From positions 7,443-71,442 of the IMG/VR virus record IMGVR_UViG_3300008448_010404: 64,000 nucleotides of DNA. The stretch is one strand, 5' to 3'. The first letter of the stretch is position 1. Each line of letters opens with the position of its first letter. The DNA is from a virus. Positions 38,323 through 53,157 of the stretch are shown here, one piece after another. Under the pieces are notes generated by a model. That model did no database searches. It was given only the letters and a program-made list of their open reading frames with translations, and was not told the origin of the DNA. The translations under genes and the position numbers were made by a program.

Positions 38323-38384
38323 TTTTATCAAAAAATAATTACTTTTTTTTAAATATTAAACAAACAAATAATTAAATACGAAAG

Positions 38385-38391
38385 TATTTAT
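38385..38391 (+). promoter_or_regulatory. TATTTAT putative late promoter of the giant gene
   Basis: 7 nt before ATG 38399. Confidence 0.5.
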
Positions 38392-38398
38392 GAATTAA

Positions 38399-41300
38399 AT
38401 GAGTGTAATACATATAACAAGTTTATCGGGACAATCCCCATTTAATATTACAATTTGTGATAAAACAAAAACTTATTGTGAGTTAGTCGCAACAGGTGTT
38501 GGTTCTGTACCCCCTGTTTTAGATTTAACAATACCCTCAAATATTAAATCAGACACAGTTTTAGTAATTGCCGAAGATTCAACAGGTTGTGAACAAATGA
38601 TTGTTGTTAAATGTAGTACTACACCAACACCAACACCAACAATACAACCAACACCAACTGTAACCCCAACACCAAATAAGTGTAAATGTTATACATTAAT
38701 AAATCCAACATCGGATGAATTGGGTTTTGAAATTACATTATGTAATGGTGACTCTCTTTGTACCACTATAGATAGTTACACTAATTTATATTTTTGTGGT
38801 TATAACCCATCAATAGAATCACCAGGTTACATTGAATATAAAAATTTTGGTTGTGACACAGGTGTCTGTCCTGAACCTGACCCAACTCCAACCCCAACTC
38901 CAACAATCACACCTAGTTTACCACCTATGGTTGCATCTTTTGTTAGTTGTTGTGACCCATCAGTTAAATTCACAGTTTACAATATACCATTAACAAATTC
39001 ACCAATAGGTGGGATTTATTATGTTGATAATAACGGATTTAATGGTTGTGCTGAAGTGATAGAGACTGATATGACTTTACCATTATATCAAAACGAATTT
39101 TTGGTTTCGTCATTAAATTGTAGTCAATGTTTTATTGATAATCCATTATATATTTGTCCAACTAAAACCCCGACACAAACACCTAGTTCAACTGTTACCC
39201 CAACAAATACACAAACACCAACAAACACACAAACGCCAACAGTAACTCCAACAGTAACTCCGACAGTAACACCAACAGTAACACCAACAGTAACACCAAC
39301 AGTAACACCAACAGTAACGCCAACAGTAACGCCAACAGTAACACCGACAGTAACGCCGACAGTCACACCAACAGTCACACCAACAGAAACCCCAACGAAC
39401 ACACCAACAGTAACGCCAACAGTAACACCGACAGTAACTAGAACAGAAACCCCAACAAACACTCCGACAAATACACAAACTCCGACAAATACACAAACTC
39501 CAACAAATACACAAACTCCGACAAATACACAAACTCCAACAAATACACCAACAAATACATCAACTCAAACACCAACAAATACATCAACAAACACCCCAAC
39601 AAAAACCCCAACAAAAACTTTAACAAAAACCCCAACTAATACACCAACTAATACATCAACAAATACTCCGACTAATACACCAACAAATACCCCAACAGTT
39701 ACGCCAACAGAAACACCTACAGTCACACCAACAAAAACGCCAACTAAAACGCCAACTAATACACCAACAAACACCCAAACTAATACTCCAACAGAAACAC
39801 CTACTAATACCCCTACAAACACCCAAACACCCACAAAAACTCAAACACCAACAGTAACTACAACAAAAACACCCACAAAAACACCCACAAATACACCAAC
39901 AAATACACCAACCCAAACCCCAACAAAAACCCAAACCCCAACAAAAACTGAAACACCCACACCAACAGAAACACCAACTCAAACATCTACACCAACAGAA
40001 ACCCCAACACCAACAAATACTGTTACACCAACTGTAACCCCAACTGTAACCCCAACAAAAACACCAACAAAAACCCCAACTGAAACTCCAACTAATACAC
40101 CAACAAACACACCAACTAACACCTCAACTAACACCTCAACTAATACCCCGACCAATACTTCAACTGTAACCCCAACAAAAACACCAACAAAAACTCCAAC
40201 AAACACACCAACTGAAACTCCGACAAATACACCAACCAATACCCCAACAAATACCTCAACAAATACCTCAACAAATACTCCGACTAATACTTCAACAGTA
40301 ACCCCAACAAAAACACCAACAAAAACCCCAACAGAAACCTCAACTCAAACCCCGACTAATACTGTTACCCCAACACAAACACCTACAAATACACCAACAA
40401 ATACACCAACACAAACACCCACACAAACGCCAACAAACACCACAACAAATACTCCAACAAACACACAAACGCCAACAAACACACAAACGCCAACAAACAC
40501 ACAAACTCAAACTCCTACTAACACTCCAACACCAACAATGCCTTATGACATGTTTATTGTCCAAAATTGTTGTGGAGGGACAACAGGATATATGGATTTA
40601 CCAATAATCTATACACCAATTTTTTTCCCAACATATAAGAGTTATGTAGTTGTTGACATTAACGGTAATTGTTATTTAATAACAGGTACTGCACCTGGTG
40701 GTGAAACACCTAATTTTATATGGAATGGTAACCCTAATGACGTATATATTGATAATGGTTCAGGTTGTTCACCATGTTTAGATGTTCATCCTTGTCCAAC
40801 TCAAACACCCACACCTACAAAAACTCAAACACCCACACTTACAAGAACTTCAACCCAAACCCCAACAAATACTCCAACTAATACACAAACCCCAACTAAT
40901 ACACAAACTCCGACTAACACACAAACATCAACACAAACCCCAACTAAAACAAAAACTCCAACACCTACTAAGGCACCTTTAATATGTTTTTCATTTTCAT
41001 CAACAACAGGTACTAATGGTGTGTACACATTTAATGGTAATGCAACTGGAAGTTATAATAATAGACCATACTATTCAATACAAATTCAAGACCCATCAAT
41101 AACTGTTGTAGGTTATGTTTGGTTTAACACATCAACAAATGTTTGGGTTTATTCAGAATTAATTGGTGGGGGTGTTAATTATAGTTCATTAATAACAACA
41201 AATCAGTACCCGATAAGTTCACCATCACTTAATTGGATTGGTTCGGTAAGTGGTAATGGTATGATTTCATCAATTTTAGGTTCATGTCCAACGCCAACAC

Positions 41301-44300
41301 CAACACAAACCCCTACTCAAACACAAACACAAACACCTACTCAAACACAAACATCAACACAAACACCTACTCAAACACCTACACAAACATCAACACAAAC
41401 ACCTACACAAACATCAACACAAACATCAACACAAACACCAACAAATACTCAAACCCCAACAAATACTCAAACACCAACAAACACTCAGACACCAACAAAA
41501 ACACCAACCCCAACAAATACCACATATTGTTACTGTATAGTTATATTAGATTTTACTAGCGAATCAAGTTCAAGTAATTTTATAATATCAATTAATGGTG
41601 TTGAATATCAGTTTGGTGATTTATGGCATAAATCAACATATCTACAATTAGAAAATGATTTAAATTTATTAAATCTAGGTATTTTTACAATAACCCCAAC
41701 ACAATTAGACCCAGATGTAGGTCAAATAAATGTTATAGGTGGTGGGTCAAATACATATGATTATATTAGTGTTGGATTTGGGAATACCCCATTTAATTGT
41801 TATAACTGCCCAACACCAACACCAACAAAAACACCTACTAATACACCAACAAAAACACCAACTAATACACCAACAGACACTCCAACAAATACCCCAACTA
41901 AAACCCAAACATCAACACCAACTAACACTGTTACACCAACTATTACTCTTACAAACACACCAACAAACACACCAACTAATACACAAACACAAACACCGAC
42001 TAAAACAAATACGCCAACAAATACACCAACAAATACACCAACAAATACACCAACACCAACAAACACACCTTCAATTAATATCCCACCTAGCCAAACACCA
42101 ACAAACACACAAACATCTACTAATACACCAACTAATACACCTACTAACACTCAAACACCAACTAAAACTGTAACACCAACTAAAACTGTAACACCAACAA
42201 ACACTCCAACAAATACGTCAACAAACACACCAACAATTACATCAACTAATACACCAACAAACACACAAACACCAACAAACACACAAACACCAACAAACAC
42301 ACAAACACCAACAAACACACAAACACCTACTAAAACACAAACTCCAACAAAAACACCTACAAATACTCCAACGAATACAATAACTAACACACCAACAAAT
42401 ACCCAAACACCGACAAATACAAGAACTAACACACCGACTAACACACAAACTCCAACAAATACACCTACACAAACTCCAACAAACACTCCGACAAATACAC
42501 CTACAAATACTAGAACAAATACACCAACTACCACACCAACCAATACAAGAACTCAAACCCCAACGAATACATCTACTATCACACCAACACCAACTAAAGT
42601 TTGTTATCCGGGCGCTGATTATATAATATTTGAGTATAATTATTTACCAAGTGCAGGAACTGACCTTAATGTTGAAACGACTTTAGTTGTACCGACAACT
42701 GAAGGTCCGGTTGGGTATTGTAGTAATGGTTCACAACCATCAGGACAATACGGTGGTCCTTACTTATATTGGGGTGGTTATAACACTTTAAGTCCTGAAA
42801 CATTTTATGTTGATGTTAACTCTTTAAAAACAACATATCCGTCATTATTTAATTTTACAATAACATCAAATGGTAATTGGTTAACATCTGTAGGTAATGG
42901 TATTGTAAATGTTAAAATAACAATATACGCAGGTGGAACAATGTTATCTAACGGTAACTTTGGATTTACAAATGCTGGTGGGACTATGTTATTACAACAA
43001 ACTATCACATTACCACCAATAACAACTGTTAATAACACATGTTCAATTAGTGAATGTATTAGTTCATTCACATACCAACTTTCTGATGGTTGTATCATTA
43101 AAACCACTTGTTTATCACCAACTCTAACACCTACAAACACCCCAACAAAAACACCTACAAACACCCCAACAAGGACACAAACACCCACAAACACACCAAC
43201 AAAAACGCCGACTAATACCCCTACCAATACACAGACCACAACTAACACAAGAACACAAACTCAAACACCAACACAAACATCAACAAATACACAAACCCCT
43301 ACTCAAACTCCAACAAATACACCCACACAAACTCCAACACAAACCCCTACTCAAACATCCACTCAAACACCAACCCAAACACCAACACCAACGCCAACAC
43401 CAACCATAGACTGTATTCAAGTTTGTGAAACAATACCGGCAACACCTCCTGTAAGTCAATTGACTATTGGATTGGGTAATCAATTATCAGTATACAGTAA
43501 TTTTGGAACATTATTATACCGTGAAGGTCTTTATGATAATTGTGGTGTTGGAACTCCGACTTATTCAATGACAACCGCACCATTATGGAGAAGTACAACA
43601 TCTACCAACGGTCCTTTAAATAATATAGGTATTTTTTCAAACCCTATTGACCAAACACAAAAATGGATTGGATTTACAAAATGTATTGTTGTTACTCAGA
43701 GTAAAAGATATTATATTGGTTTAGCCGCTGATAATAATTATAGATTCTACATTGATGGTGATTTATTTGTTGATACTTCAGGTTGCTACGCATGTAACCC
43801 AGGAGGTGGTGGAGGTGCAACAACGGTATTTAATTATTGGAGAATTTATGAAAGATATTTAGATGCTGGAGTTCACATTATACAAATGTTAGCACAAAAC
43901 TGTGGGGACCAAGCCACAATGGGTGCCGAAATTTATGATAACACAATTCCCGAATTGGTTAATGCACAAACAGATAATGATTTAACTAAAATATTCACAA
44001 CTAAAACATTTAGAGATATTGTTGAAGCCGGTGGAACTAGTTATTTTGACGTTGTTTTAAATAGTAACGGAACCCCAACAACTCAAGGTTACACTTGTCC
44101 TCCAGGATATGTTTATGGTTGTGAACAATGTTATTATTTTTGTAATGTTTGTATAACAAGAACACCAACAAAAACCCCAACAAACACACCAACAAACACC
44201 CCAACACCAACTCAAACACAAACATCAACTAACACACCAACAAGAACACAAACCCCAACAAATACACCAACGAATACACAAACATCAACAAACACTCCAA

Positions 44301-47300
44301 CAAACACACCAACTAATACGCCAACTAATACTCCAACTAATACCCCAACAAGAACTCAAACCCCAACAAATACAAGAACAAATACCCCAACAAACACACC
44401 GACAAATACACAAACCAATACACAAACATCAACTAATACACCCACAAATACACCTACTAATACAAGAACAAACACCCCAACAAGAACACAAACACCGACT
44501 AACACACCAACTAACACACCTACTCAAACACCAACTAATACTCCGACTAATACCGTAACTCCGACTAATACACCAACTAATACCCCAACTAACACAAGAA
44601 CAAACACACCTACAAGAACTGTAACACCAACAAACACACCTACAAGAACTGTAACACCAACAAACACCTCAACAGTTACTCCAACACAAACTCCAACAAA
44701 TATTATTATTTATTTTAAATTTGAAGTGACTAGTTGTTGTCCTCAAGTGACAGGACCTGTATTTATTATGTCATTACCAAGTCATTATCAACCTGTAGGT
44801 ACAACATCATATTCAGTTGTGGATACAACAGGTGTGTGTTTTAGAGTTGGTTCTATTGTTGATGAGTCAACACCAACAAATAGAACTTGGAACGGTAATA
44901 CCTCTCAAGTTATAACAGGTATTAATAATATTAACCCTTGTATTCAATGTAATCTTAATAACGGATGTCCAACCCCAACCCCAACCCCAACCGTTACTCA
45001 AACTCCAACTAACACTCAGACACCTACAAATACACCAACAAACACACAAACACCAACAAACACACCAACACCAACAAACACACCAACAAAAACCCCAACA
45101 AACACACCAACAAGAACACAAACTCCAACAAATACGCCAACCGTAACACCAACAAATACCCCAACGAGAACTGTAACCCCAACAAACACACCAACAAGAA
45201 CACAAACTCCAACAAATACGCCAACACAAACTCCAACAAATACACCAACTAACACTAATACACCAACCGTAACACCAACAAATACCCCAACAAAAACTAA
45301 TACCCCAACTAACACACCTACAAACACACCTACTAAGACACTAACACCAACTAACACACCCACAAATACACGAACACAAACACCAACAAACACAGTTACA
45401 CCTACAAATACACAAACTCAAACACCAACAAACACCCCAACGAGAACTGTAACACCAACAAATACCCCAACGAGAACTCAAACACCAACAAACACAGTTA
45501 CACCTACAAATACACCAACAAAAACAAAAACCCCAACTCCAACAAAAACTCCAACAAATACCCCAACACCATCACCAACACCAGTTCCTGTTGATTACTT
45601 TGTTCAATGTGTTGAAACCGTATGCCCATCAGGTCAAGTTAATTTTGGACCTGAAGATGACCCAGATACTATTTTTGGGACTTGGAATAGATTCGCACTT
45701 TTAGCACCAAACATATTTAACAATTATGCAGGTTCTCCTGTTCTTATTTCCGGTTTACAACCTGACGGGTCAATAATCACTAATAACCCATCATATTATT
45801 TTTACACAGGTGCTACTAATACATATTATTTAGGTGTTTATAATTTACCAATGACTGAAGGTGAAAACGTTGGACCTGTAACTGCCGATGGTTCAATACT
45901 TGGTAAATTTTATTATAACTCAAACATTAAAAAAATGGTTGTTGTTTGGGACGTAGCAGGTGCGGGATACTATGAATGGACAACATTTAACCCAACCGTA
46001 AATGTTGGACTATCTTTAGGTCATCCAACGGCATCACAATTTTTAACAACCTCAACAAATTGGGGAACAACTAATTTAACTAACGCTCAATTCACTGTTA
46101 GTGGTTCTAATAACACTGTAGTTTTAGCAACAACCAAAATAAATGATGCTGGGGGTGTTCCTAAAATGATTCAATGTACAAAAAATAGTGGATTAATTAA
46201 CGGTTTTTATAGTGTATGTGAATACGGTAATTATGTTCACGAAGTAACAATAGGAAGTGAGTATAATGATGATGATTTTATAGGTATTGTTATCGCAGCA
46301 AAAAAAGGTTTAGGTACTAACCCTAACGCAACTGATATGTTAACGTTAGTGTTTAACGGAAATAGTGGTAGTGTTAATGTTGTTTACAACTCAGGTCAAG
46401 ACGTTTACTCATTTAATGATTATGCGGGTTCAACATCTGCGGGTGTTATGATAGGTGGAACTAGTCCATTTGGTACTGGTTATTATAACACCAAAGGTCA
46501 AGTCAGAGTTAAGATTATTAAAACAAGTACAATAGTTAGTATATACACAACTCAACGTATGGGTCTAAATGGTATTGTTCAGGCTGGAAATCCAAATCCA
46601 TATACTTTATTATACCAATTTGATTTAACAGATAAAACAACTTGGAATGGAGCCCCATCATATGCTGTAGGTAATGAATTATTGAAATTTACAAGTGGAA
46701 CTAGTTTTGGTTACTTAACATCATCACAACCACTAAGTCAATTTTATGATATTGAATTTTCAAGTATTCAACAACCTTCAGGTGTTTTATACTCTAAAAC
46801 TGTAACTAACCCTATTTTAGGTAAAACATATTCATTTTATGGTGTGGATGGTTGTTGGCAATATAGTGGTAAAACATTTAACTATACAGAATCTGATTTA
46901 GTAAGTATTACCGCTGAAACAATCAATAATAATTGTATTGATTGTCAAACTAACGTTATTGATTGTTATGAAGTTACATATTCAAATATTACAATACCTG
47001 ATAACTTAGACGCAGTACCTTACCCTGTTAATTTTGTAGTTCCACCGGGTGCGATTACAGGTAATGTTACAAGAGTTGAACTTATTTTGAGTGGATATAC
47101 TCATACATATACTCAAGATGTTGGTATGGTACTTGTCTCACCTAATAATGTTTCATCATTAGTTGTTGGTAGACCTGTAGGTGCCCATGTAGCAAATAAT
47201 ATAAACGTAACACTTAATCATTACAGTCCGGATGTTTGGAATGGTTTTAGTGGTGGGACATATAGAAATAATTCATACGTTAATTATGTGATGAACTTTT

Positions 47301-50300
47301 CACCGGGACCTAGTTATTCAACCATTAACACTCAAACACCTGATTTTAGTACGTTTGTTGGAATGTCCTCAACTAATGCAACGGGAACATGGAAATTTTA
47401 TATTAAAGATTTCTCACCAGGTTATGGTGGGTCTATGTCAGGTGCAACATTAAGAATTTGTCACGAAATAATTCAACCAAGTCCAACCCCAACTAAAACC
47501 TCAACACCAACCCCAACCCCAACGAAAACTGTAACACCAACAAATACACCAACGAAAACTGTAACACCAACAAATACACCAACAAGAACTGTAACACCAA
47601 CAAAAACCCCATTATCAACAAATACCCCAACAAATACACCAACAAAAACTACAACACCAAGTAATACACAAACACCAACAAATACTCCAACAATAACTGT
47701 AACACCAAGTAATACACAAACCCCAACAAAAACACAAACGCCAACAAATACTCCAACAAAAACACAAACACCAACAAATACTCCAACAAAAACACAAACA
47801 CCTAGTAATACTGTTACACCAACAAATACTGTTACACCAACAAATACTGTTACACCAACAAATACTAAAACTCCAACAGTTACCCCAACAAAAACTACAA
47901 CACCAACACCAACAGTAACCAAAAACTGTTTTAATGGTATTGTTATTGAATCAATTTATCTTGATGATTATTCAGATATAAATTTATTACCACTTGAATG
48001 GCAAAATATTGGTTTGGGTAATGACTTTGTAATTTCCCCTACCGAGACTTTAACTAACGTCGGAGTTGGTGGTCATGGTTGTAGTTCAGCTCTATTCGAA
48101 TATAGGTCCGGGTCAGTTGTTCTTGGTGAAGGTAGATTAAATAATAATGGTAGTCCATTAGCAGGTGCACAAACCGCGTCGGGAACATATATTTGTGGTG
48201 ACTACTCTAACACACCGGCACCATTAACAGGAGGTGTTTGGGTAGGAACATCATCGTCTCGTTATAGTAAAATAGTTATAAGTCCTGAACAAGCTACCCA
48301 ATTGGTGGTTCAATCAGGTGGTGGTTTTATAACTATTAGTACTTATTGTGCTAAATCGTTGTATAGTTGTTGTTCTAGTCCTGCAGGATGTAATTGTTGT
48401 GCATTATTTGATGGAAATTGTCACACAAATGCGATATTTGTAAGAATCACACAAGGAAATGGTTCATTAATATATGCCGGTCCAGCACAGGTAGATACAC
48501 CTGTTGTAGTTGACCCTTGTATCTCTGTAAGTCCAACACCAACAAAATCACAAACACCAACACCAACACAAACACCAACAGTTACACAAACTCCGACTAA
48601 TACACAAACACCAACAGTCACACAAACTCCTACACAAACTCCTACAAAAACACCAACAAATACAACAACACCAAGTAACACACAAACTCCAACAAAAACA
48701 CCTACACCAACAAATACACCAACAAAAACGCAAACTCCAACAAACACGACAACAAAAACACCAACTGTTACACCTACACCAACTGTTACACCTACAAACA
48801 CACCAACCACGACCGTAACACCAAGTTCATCAACAGGTTCAAATTGTAGATGTTATAAAAATTTAGGTTATGGAACACCTATATTAATACCTTCAACATA
48901 TTCAACGGACCCTGAATTAGGTATTGCTTCACCATATCCTGTAATATTTAATGTTACCAATTTACCATTTGGTGTTATTACTAATGTGATTGTTAAAATT
49001 AGTGGTTATACTCACACTTTTCCAGGTGATATTGGAATGTCATTAGTGTCTCCAAATAATAATGACTACGCACTACTAACAGGTAGGGCTGGTGGTGGTA
49101 GTGATGCCAACAACACTGATGTTATATTAGACGATAACGCCTCAACAGAATGGAATGGTTATAGTTCAGGAACATTTAGAAGTATCAGAACATCTCAAGG
49201 TGATTTCACATTTTCAAACGCATCATCAACACCACCACTTTTACCACCATCAATACCTTTTGTTACAAATAACACATATAATGGTTTATCTACATTTGTT
49301 GGAAGACCAAAAAGTACCGCAGAAGGTTTATGGGGGTTATATATTCAGGATTTTGCTGATGATGATTATGGTCAAATATTAGGTATTGAATTGTGTATAT
49401 GTACTTTAGATGTAACTTTAACACCAACAAAAACACAAACACCTACCCCAACACAAACACCTACTAAAACACCAACACCAACAAACACACCAACAAGAAC
49501 AGAAACCCCAACACAAACCCCAACTAAAACGCCAACTCCAACAAACACTCAGACACCAACAAACACTCAGACACCAACACAAACACCAACAAACACTCAG
49601 ACACCGACTAAAACCCCGACCCCAACAAAAACACCAACACCAACACAAACCCCAACTGTTACACCAACAAAAACAAGACCACCACTAGATTTTACCGTAA
49701 CATCATCTTGTGATGGTACTAATGCCGGAGTCAACATTACTAATATTATTGGTGGTGTTCCACCATATCAAGTTGGGGCTTCCGTGTTTTCAACTCAAGC
49801 CGCGGCATTAGCAAACACCAATTGGCTTAACGCTTCAAGTGTAAGTTATGGTGTTTCAATTTTAGCATCACCTTCTTGGGTGGCGGTTAAAGATTCTTCA
49901 GGTACAATTTTAACAAAATCAACAACATTTACTTGTCCAAGTCCAACACCAACTAAAACCCCAACAAATACCCCAACAAAAACTGTAACACCAACAAAAA
50001 CTGTAACACCAAGTAATACACAAACACCAACAAATACTCCAACAAAAACTGTAACACCAAGTAATACACAAACACCAAGTAATACACAAACACCTACAAG
50101 AACTGTAACACCAACAAATACACCAACAAATACTAAAACCCCAACTGTAACACCGACAAAAACACCAACACCAACAACACCATATTCAGTATTTGCAGTT
50201 GATAGTTGTTGTGCTTCAGTAAGTGGGACTTTTTATATGTCATTACCAACACAATACACACCATATTTTGACCCTGTTAATGGTGTGACAAAATGGGTGT

Positions 50301-53104
50301 TTGTTGGGACTGATAATATATGTTACATAGTTAACTCATTAGCTGTAGGTCAAACACCTAATAGAACTTGGAACACAACAATACTACCATATAAAAATGA
50401 TGACTCTACACCGGGTTGTGTTAATTGTTCTTCAGTAAGACCTTGTCCATCACCAACACCAACACCAACTAAAACACAAACGCCAACAATGACTAAAACA
50501 CCAACACCAACACCAACAAGATGTCAATATTGTACCACATATAATTCAAACCAAAATAATATAGCAATACCTGGAACAGGCACCGCAGGTACTGCATCGT
50601 CATACCCAATTACATTTAATGTTCAAGGGTTAAACACCTCAATTAGTAAAATTAACATAACTTTAAATAACTATAGTCACGCATGTTTTGCTGACGTTGG
50701 TTTAGTTTTAGTAGCTCCCGATGGGACTTATTCATTACTAAGTATGAGATGTGGTGATTGTATCCAAAGTTCACAAACAGTAATTAACCCAACAATATCA
50801 TCAGATGGTGTAACAACATGGGATGGTAAGAGTTCAGGGACGTTCTCAAACATCACATCACCATGTGGTACGCAAACATTTGCGGTTGTTCCCGGAATCA
50901 CATTACCAACATTTACTAGTGGAGTCCAAACCCCATCATTTACGTCAGCATTTGTAAATAAATCCGCATCATCAGCAAACGGTCAATGGAAATTACTTAT
51001 TCAAGATTTTGGGAATAATGACATAGGTTCATTAGGTAGTGCAACTATCCAAATTTGTCAAAATACCCCATGTGGTTGTAATAGTTATAGGTTTGAAAAT
51101 TACGCACCTGTTTCATTATTTGAAACTGCGACATTCACATTTACACCTTGTTGTAATACTTTAGAAACATCACCAATTAATATTGATAGTAATGCTAAAT
51201 ACATAATCGAAGTTTGTTCATCAACAGTTCCTCAAGTATCAGGACCAGGAACTGTAACATTATTAGGACCATGTGATTATTGTAACAATTCATGTTACTG
51301 TTGGGATTTATTCACCCCTCAATGGACTGACTATGAATTAACCTATCTAAACTGTAGTGGAATTGTAACAAGTATTTATTTAGGACCAGGTAGTAGTTTT
51401 TCAATTTGTTCATCGTCTTATATAACATCACAACCTCAATTTGGGTTTGCCGCGACTAGAAGAGGAACATGTGCTGGAGGTGCTTGTCCAAGTCCAACAC
51501 CAACAAAAACACCAAGTCCAACTCCAACAATGACAAAAACACCAACAAAAACTCCAACACCAACTAAAACACCAACAATGACAAAAACACCAACACCAAC
51601 TAAAACACCAACAAAAACTCCGGTATTTATTCCTTGTGTTGGTGGTGGTTGTGCATTTAACACAACAGGTGATGTAATTTTAGGATTAAATATATTACCT
51701 CAAAATTGTAGTGGTGAATGTGATTTTCTTGGTAGTCCAATATCACCATATTATAGAATAAACCAAGGTCCTTGGATTTTAAGTACTCAATTGTTTTATC
51801 CATCAACATTTAACTGTACTTATACTACACTTAATTTAACAGTACCATATGGTTCAATAGTTGATATATATTTTCCTGGTATAAATTGGGGTGTGGGTAA
51901 TAATAGTGGTGATTTTACATCAAGATGTAATAACCAATACGTAACATATACTGTAACATCAAATACTAATGTTTATTTTAATTTAGGTGTAACAACAACC
52001 TCAACATGGAATCCATCACCAACCCCTTGGGACCCACCATATATCACATATTCTTGTAATTTCACATCATGTTATAACAATAGAACACCTTATCCATGGG
52101 TATATACGTATACTAAATCATTATATGAAATATCCAACTTTAACGACCCATATTCATTTGAATTAATAACTGTTTATACTGAAAGTGGTGGAACATATAA
52201 TGGTAAATCTTATTACGAAATTCCTGATAGTGATTATACTACTATTACGTCATATGTGTGGTATAATTCAGGGACAACTGAATGGAATAGTTCATCACTA
52301 TTAGGTTCAGGTACGCTATACACAACATTAATAAGTAGTTCACCTGATGAACCAGTTGATTCATCATCAAATGAATGGCAAATTATTGATTACTCAGGTC
52401 CGATAATAATTAGTTCACAACCTCAATACCCTATAGTTTCAACAGGTCTAATTGTTTGGTTAGATGCTGGAGCTAAAATATCGTGGTCAGGTACAGGTTT
52501 TGTTTGGTATGATATCACAACAAATAATAACGATGGTACTTTTTACCAATCTTTAAGTGCCACAACACCAAATTATTTACCGGCAAATGGTGGTTCATTT
52601 ACTTTTAACGGTAGTGACCAAAAATTCAATATATCTAACTCACCAACATTATCGGCAATAACAAATACCGTTACTGTTGAGGTTTGGTTGAAACCAACTT
52701 TGTTTGACAATAGAGAGATTTTTAGTAAAAATAGTAACCAAGGATTTAGAATGTGGATAAACACATTAGGTCAATTAACTATGTTAGGTGCTAACGCCTC
52801 TAGTTATGAAGAATTTAGCAGCACAGGTACTGTGACTTTAAATCAATGGAATCAAGTTGTTGGGGTGTGGACACCTACAGGGTTTTACACTTATATTAAC
52901 GGTGTTAATTCAGGTAATAGTTCGGCGTTGTCATTTTTAATACAACAATATAACTTATCACTTGATATTGGTTGTTTCACAGGTAACTTAGCACAATTCC
53001 ACTATCAAGGTGATATGTCAATATTTAGGTTATATAATAGGGCCTTAACTTCAGATGAAGTTTTATCAAACTTCAACTCTCAAAAAGATAGATTCGGTTT
53101 ATAA
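38399..53104 (+). CDS. Giant (4901 aa) mucin-like Thr/Pro-rich, Cys-rich multidomain protein, probable virion fibre/adhesin
   Basis: About 13 long T-P-T-x tracts alternating with globular modules: 3 proprotein-convertase P-domain-like units (~46975, ~48860, ~50530), a TSP_C-like DDDFIG lectin segment, 4 CC-containing modules and a C-terminal LamG (~52430-53101). No signal peptide seen. Confidence 0.9.
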   Translation: MSVIHITSLSGQSPFNITICDKTKTYCELVATGVGSVPPVLDLTIPSNIKSDTVLVIAEDSTGCEQMIVVKCSTTPTPTPTIQPTPTVTPTPNKCKCYTLINPTSDELGFEITLCNGDSLCTTIDSYTNLYFCGYNPSIESPGYIEYKNFGCDTGVCPEPDPTPTPTPTITPSLPPMVASFVSCCDPSVKFTVYNIPLTNSPIGGIYYVDNNGFNGCAEVIETDMTLPLYQNEFLVSSLNCSQCFIDNPLYICPTKTPTQTPSSTVTPTNTQTPTNTQTPTVTPTVTPTVTPTVTPTVTPTVTPTVTPTVTPTVTPTVTPTVTPTVTPTETPTNTPTVTPTVTPTVTRTETPTNTPTNTQTPTNTQTPTNTQTPTNTQTPTNTPTNTSTQTPTNTSTNTPTKTPTKTLTKTPTNTPTNTSTNTPTNTPTNTPTVTPTETPTVTPTKTPTKTPTNTPTNTQTNTPTETPTNTPTNTQTPTKTQTPTVTTTKTPTKTPTNTPTNTPTQTPTKTQTPTKTETPTPTETPTQTSTPTETPTPTNTVTPTVTPTVTPTKTPTKTPTETPTNTPTNTPTNTSTNTSTNTPTNTSTVTPTKTPTKTPTNTPTETPTNTPTNTPTNTSTNTSTNTPTNTSTVTPTKTPTKTPTETSTQTPTNTVTPTQTPTNTPTNTPTQTPTQTPTNTTTNTPTNTQTPTNTQTPTNTQTQTPTNTPTPTMPYDMFIVQNCCGGTTGYMDLPIIYTPIFFPTYKSYVVVDINGNCYLITGTAPGGETPNFIWNGNPNDVYIDNGSGCSPCLDVHPCPTQTPTPTKTQTPTLTRTSTQTPTNTPTNTQTPTNTQTPTNTQTSTQTPTKTKTPTPTKAPLICFSFSSTTGTNGVYTFNGNATGSYNNRPYYSIQIQDPSITVVGYVWFNTSTNVWVYSELIGGGVNYSSLITTNQYPISSPSLNWIGSVSGNGMISSILGSCPTPTPTQTPTQTQTQTPTQTQTSTQTPTQTPTQTSTQTPTQTSTQTSTQTPTNTQTPTNTQTPTNTQTPTKTPTPTNTTYCYCIVILDFTSESSSSNFIISINGVEYQFGDLWHKSTYLQLENDLNLLNLGIFTITPTQLDPDVGQINVIGGGSNTYDYISVGFGNTPFNCYNCPTPTPTKTPTNTPTKTPTNTPTDTPTNTPTKTQTSTPTNTVTPTITLTNTPTNTPTNTQTQTPTKTNTPTNTPTNTPTNTPTPTNTPSINIPPSQTPTNTQTSTNTPTNTPTNTQTPTKTVTPTKTVTPTNTPTNTSTNTPTITSTNTPTNTQTPTNTQTPTNTQTPTNTQTPTKTQTPTKTPTNTPTNTITNTPTNTQTPTNTRTNTPTNTQTPTNTPTQTPTNTPTNTPTNTRTNTPTTTPTNTRTQTPTNTSTITPTPTKVCYPGADYIIFEYNYLPSAGTDLNVETTLVVPTTEGPVGYCSNGSQPSGQYGGPYLYWGGYNTLSPETFYVDVNSLKTTYPSLFNFTITSNGNWLTSVGNGIVNVKITIYAGGTMLSNGNFGFTNAGGTMLLQQTITLPPITTVNNTCSISECISSFTYQLSDGCIIKTTCLSPTLTPTNTPTKTPTNTPTRTQTPTNTPTKTPTNTPTNTQTTTNTRTQTQTPTQTSTNTQTPTQTPTNTPTQTPTQTPTQTSTQTPTQTPTPTPTPTIDCIQVCETIPATPPVSQLTIGLGNQLSVYSNFGTLLYREGLYDNCGVGTPTYSMTTAPLWRSTTSTNGPLNNIGIFSNPIDQTQKWIGFTKCIVVTQSKRYYIGLAADNNYRFYIDGDLFVDTSGCYACNPGGGGGATTVFNYWRIYERYLDAGVHIIQMLAQNCGDQATMGAEIYDNTIPELVNAQTDNDLTKIFTTKTFRDIVEAGGTSYFDVVLNSNGTPTTQGYTCPPGYVYGCEQCYYFCNVCITRTPTKTPTNTPTNTPTPTQTQTSTNTPTRTQTPTNTPTNTQTSTNTPTNTPTNTPTNTPTNTPTRTQTPTNTRTNTPTNTPTNTQTNTQTSTNTPTNTPTNTRTNTPTRTQTPTNTPTNTPTQTPTNTPTNTVTPTNTPTNTPTNTRTNTPTRTVTPTNTPTRTVTPTNTSTVTPTQTPTNIIIYFKFEVTSCCPQVTGPVFIMSLPSHYQPVGTTSYSVVDTTGVCFRVGSIVDESTPTNRTWNGNTSQVITGINNINPCIQCNLNNGCPTPTPTPTVTQTPTNTQTPTNTPTNTQTPTNTPTPTNTPTKTPTNTPTRTQTPTNTPTVTPTNTPTRTVTPTNTPTRTQTPTNTPTQTPTNTPTNTNTPTVTPTNTPTKTNTPTNTPTNTPTKTLTPTNTPTNTRTQTPTNTVTPTNTQTQTPTNTPTRTVTPTNTPTRTQTPTNTVTPTNTPTKTKTPTPTKTPTNTPTPSPTPVPVDYFVQCVETVCPSGQVNFGPEDDPDTIFGTWNRFALLAPNIFNNYAGSPVLISGLQPDGSIITNNPSYYFYTGATNTYYLGVYNLPMTEGENVGPVTADGSILGKFYYNSNIKKMVVVWDVAGAGYYEWTTFNPTVNVGLSLGHPTASQFLTTSTNWGTTNLTNAQFTVSGSNNTVVLATTKINDAGGVPKMIQCTKNSGLINGFYSVCEYGNYVHEVTIGSEYNDDDFIGIVIAAKKGLGTNPNATDMLTLVFNGNSGSVNVVYNSGQDVYSFNDYAGSTSAGVMIGGTSPFGTGYYNTKGQVRVKIIKTSTIVSIYTTQRMGLNGIVQAGNPNPYTLLYQFDLTDKTTWNGAPSYAVGNELLKFTSGTSFGYLTSSQPLSQFYDIEFSSIQQPSGVLYSKTVTNPILGKTYSFYGVDGCWQYSGKTFNYTESDLVSITAETINNNCIDCQTNVIDCYEVTYSNITIPDNLDAVPYPVNFVVPPGAITGNVTRVELILSGYTHTYTQDVGMVLVSPNNVSSLVVGRPVGAHVANNINVTLNHYSPDVWNGFSGGTYRNNSYVNYVMNFSPGPSYSTINTQTPDFSTFVGMSSTNATGTWKFYIKDFSPGYGGSMSGATLRICHEIIQPSPTPTKTSTPTPTPTKTVTPTNTPTKTVTPTNTPTRTVTPTKTPLSTNTPTNTPTKTTTPSNTQTPTNTPTITVTPSNTQTPTKTQTPTNTPTKTQTPTNTPTKTQTPSNTVTPTNTVTPTNTVTPTNTKTPTVTPTKTTTPTPTVTKNCFNGIVIESIYLDDYSDINLLPLEWQNIGLGNDFVISPTETLTNVGVGGHGCSSALFEYRSGSVVLGEGRLNNNGSPLAGAQTASGTYICGDYSNTPAPLTGGVWVGTSSSRYSKIVISPEQATQLVVQSGGGFITISTYCAKSLYSCCSSPAGCNCCALFDGNCHTNAIFVRITQGNGSLIYAGPAQVDTPVVVDPCISVSPTPTKSQTPTPTQTPTVTQTPTNTQTPTVTQTPTQTPTKTPTNTTTPSNTQTPTKTPTPTNTPTKTQTPTNTTTKTPTVTPTPTVTPTNTPTTTVTPSSSTGSNCRCYKNLGYGTPILIPSTYSTDPELGIASPYPVIFNVTNLPFGVITNVIVKISGYTHTFPGDIGMSLVSPNNNDYALLTGRAGGGSDANNTDVILDDNASTEWNGYSSGTFRSIRTSQGDFTFSNASSTPPLLPPSIPFVTNNTYNGLSTFVGRPKSTAEGLWGLYIQDFADDDYGQILGIELCICTLDVTLTPTKTQTPTPTQTPTKTPTPTNTPTRTETPTQTPTKTPTPTNTQTPTNTQTPTQTPTNTQTPTKTPTPTKTPTPTQTPTVTPTKTRPPLDFTVTSSCDGTNAGVNITNIIGGVPPYQVGASVFSTQAAALANTNWLNASSVSYGVSILASPSWVAVKDSSGTILTKSTTFTCPSPTPTKTPTNTPTKTVTPTKTVTPSNTQTPTNTPTKTVTPSNTQTPSNTQTPTRTVTPTNTPTNTKTPTVTPTKTPTPTTPYSVFAVDSCCASVSGTFYMSLPTQYTPYFDPVNGVTKWVFVGTDNICYIVNSLAVGQTPNRTWNTTILPYKNDDSTPGCVNCSSVRPCPSPTPTPTKTQTPTMTKTPTPTPTRCQYCTTYNSNQNNIAIPGTGTAGTASSYPITFNVQGLNTSISKINITLNNYSHACFADVGLVLVAPDGTYSLLSMRCGDCIQSSQTVINPTISSDGVTTWDGKSSGTFSNITSPCGTQTFAVVPGITLPTFTSGVQTPSFTSAFVNKSASSANGQWKLLIQDFGNNDIGSLGSATIQICQNTPCGCNSYRFENYAPVSLFETATFTFTPCCNTLETSPINIDSNAKYIIEVCSSTVPQVSGPGTVTLLGPCDYCNNSCYCWDLFTPQWTDYELTYLNCSGIVTSIYLGPGSSFSICSSSYITSQPQFGFAATRRGTCAGGACPSPTPTKTPSPTPTMTKTPTKTPTPTKTPTMTKTPTPTKTPTKTPVFIPCVGGGCAFNTTGDVILGLNILPQNCSGECDFLGSPISPYYRINQGPWILSTQLFYPSTFNCTYTTLNLTVPYGSIVDIYFPGINWGVGNNSGDFTSRCNNQYVTYTVTSNTNVYFNLGVTTTSTWNPSPTPWDPPYITYSCNFTSCYNNRTPYPWVYTYTKSLYEISNFNDPYSFELITVYTESGGTYNGKSYYEIPDSDYTTITSYVWYNSGTTEWNSSSLLGSGTLYTTLISSSPDEPVDSSSNEWQIIDYSGPIIISSQPQYPIVSTGLIVWLDAGAKISWSGTGFVWYDITTNNNDGTFYQSLSATTPNYLPANGGSFTFNGSDQKFNISNSPTLSAITNTVTVEVWLKPTLFDNREIFSKNSNQGFRMWINTLGQLTMLGANASSYEEFSSTGTVTLNQWNQVVGVWTPTGFYTYINGVNSGNSSALSFLIQQYNLSLDIGCFTGNLAQFHYQGDMSIFRLYNRALTSDEVLSNFNSQKDRFGL
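39157..40540 (+). repeat. Longest Thr/Pro low-complexity tract, including 12 x 12-bp (PTVT) at 39236-39379
   Basis: CCAACAGTAACN units counted directly; the rest is mixed [16 protein letters not shown]. Confidence 0.95.
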
Positions 53105-53113
53105 TTAAATCTT

Positions 53114-53120
53114 TATTTAT
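53114..53120 (+). promoter_or_regulatory. TATTTAT motif upstream of the GT60 operon
   Basis: 37 nt before ATG 53158; no terminator hairpin seen between the giant gene and GT60. Confidence 0.4.
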
Positions 53121-53157
53121 ATATTAATAAACTTATTTTTTTAAAAAAAAGTAAAAT

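Noticed and set aside
39124-51663. Many minus-strand and alternate-frame ORFs (VGVFVG..., CWC..., HQQ...) inside the giant gene
   Set aside because: Shadows of the A/C-rich Thr/Pro codon repeats, which lack stops on the other strand; no independent signals.
38399-53104. Diversity-generating retroelement or invertible cassette acting on the fibre
   Set aside because: No reverse transcriptase or recombinase, and no near-identical TR/VR pair seen; duplicated modules are highly diverged.
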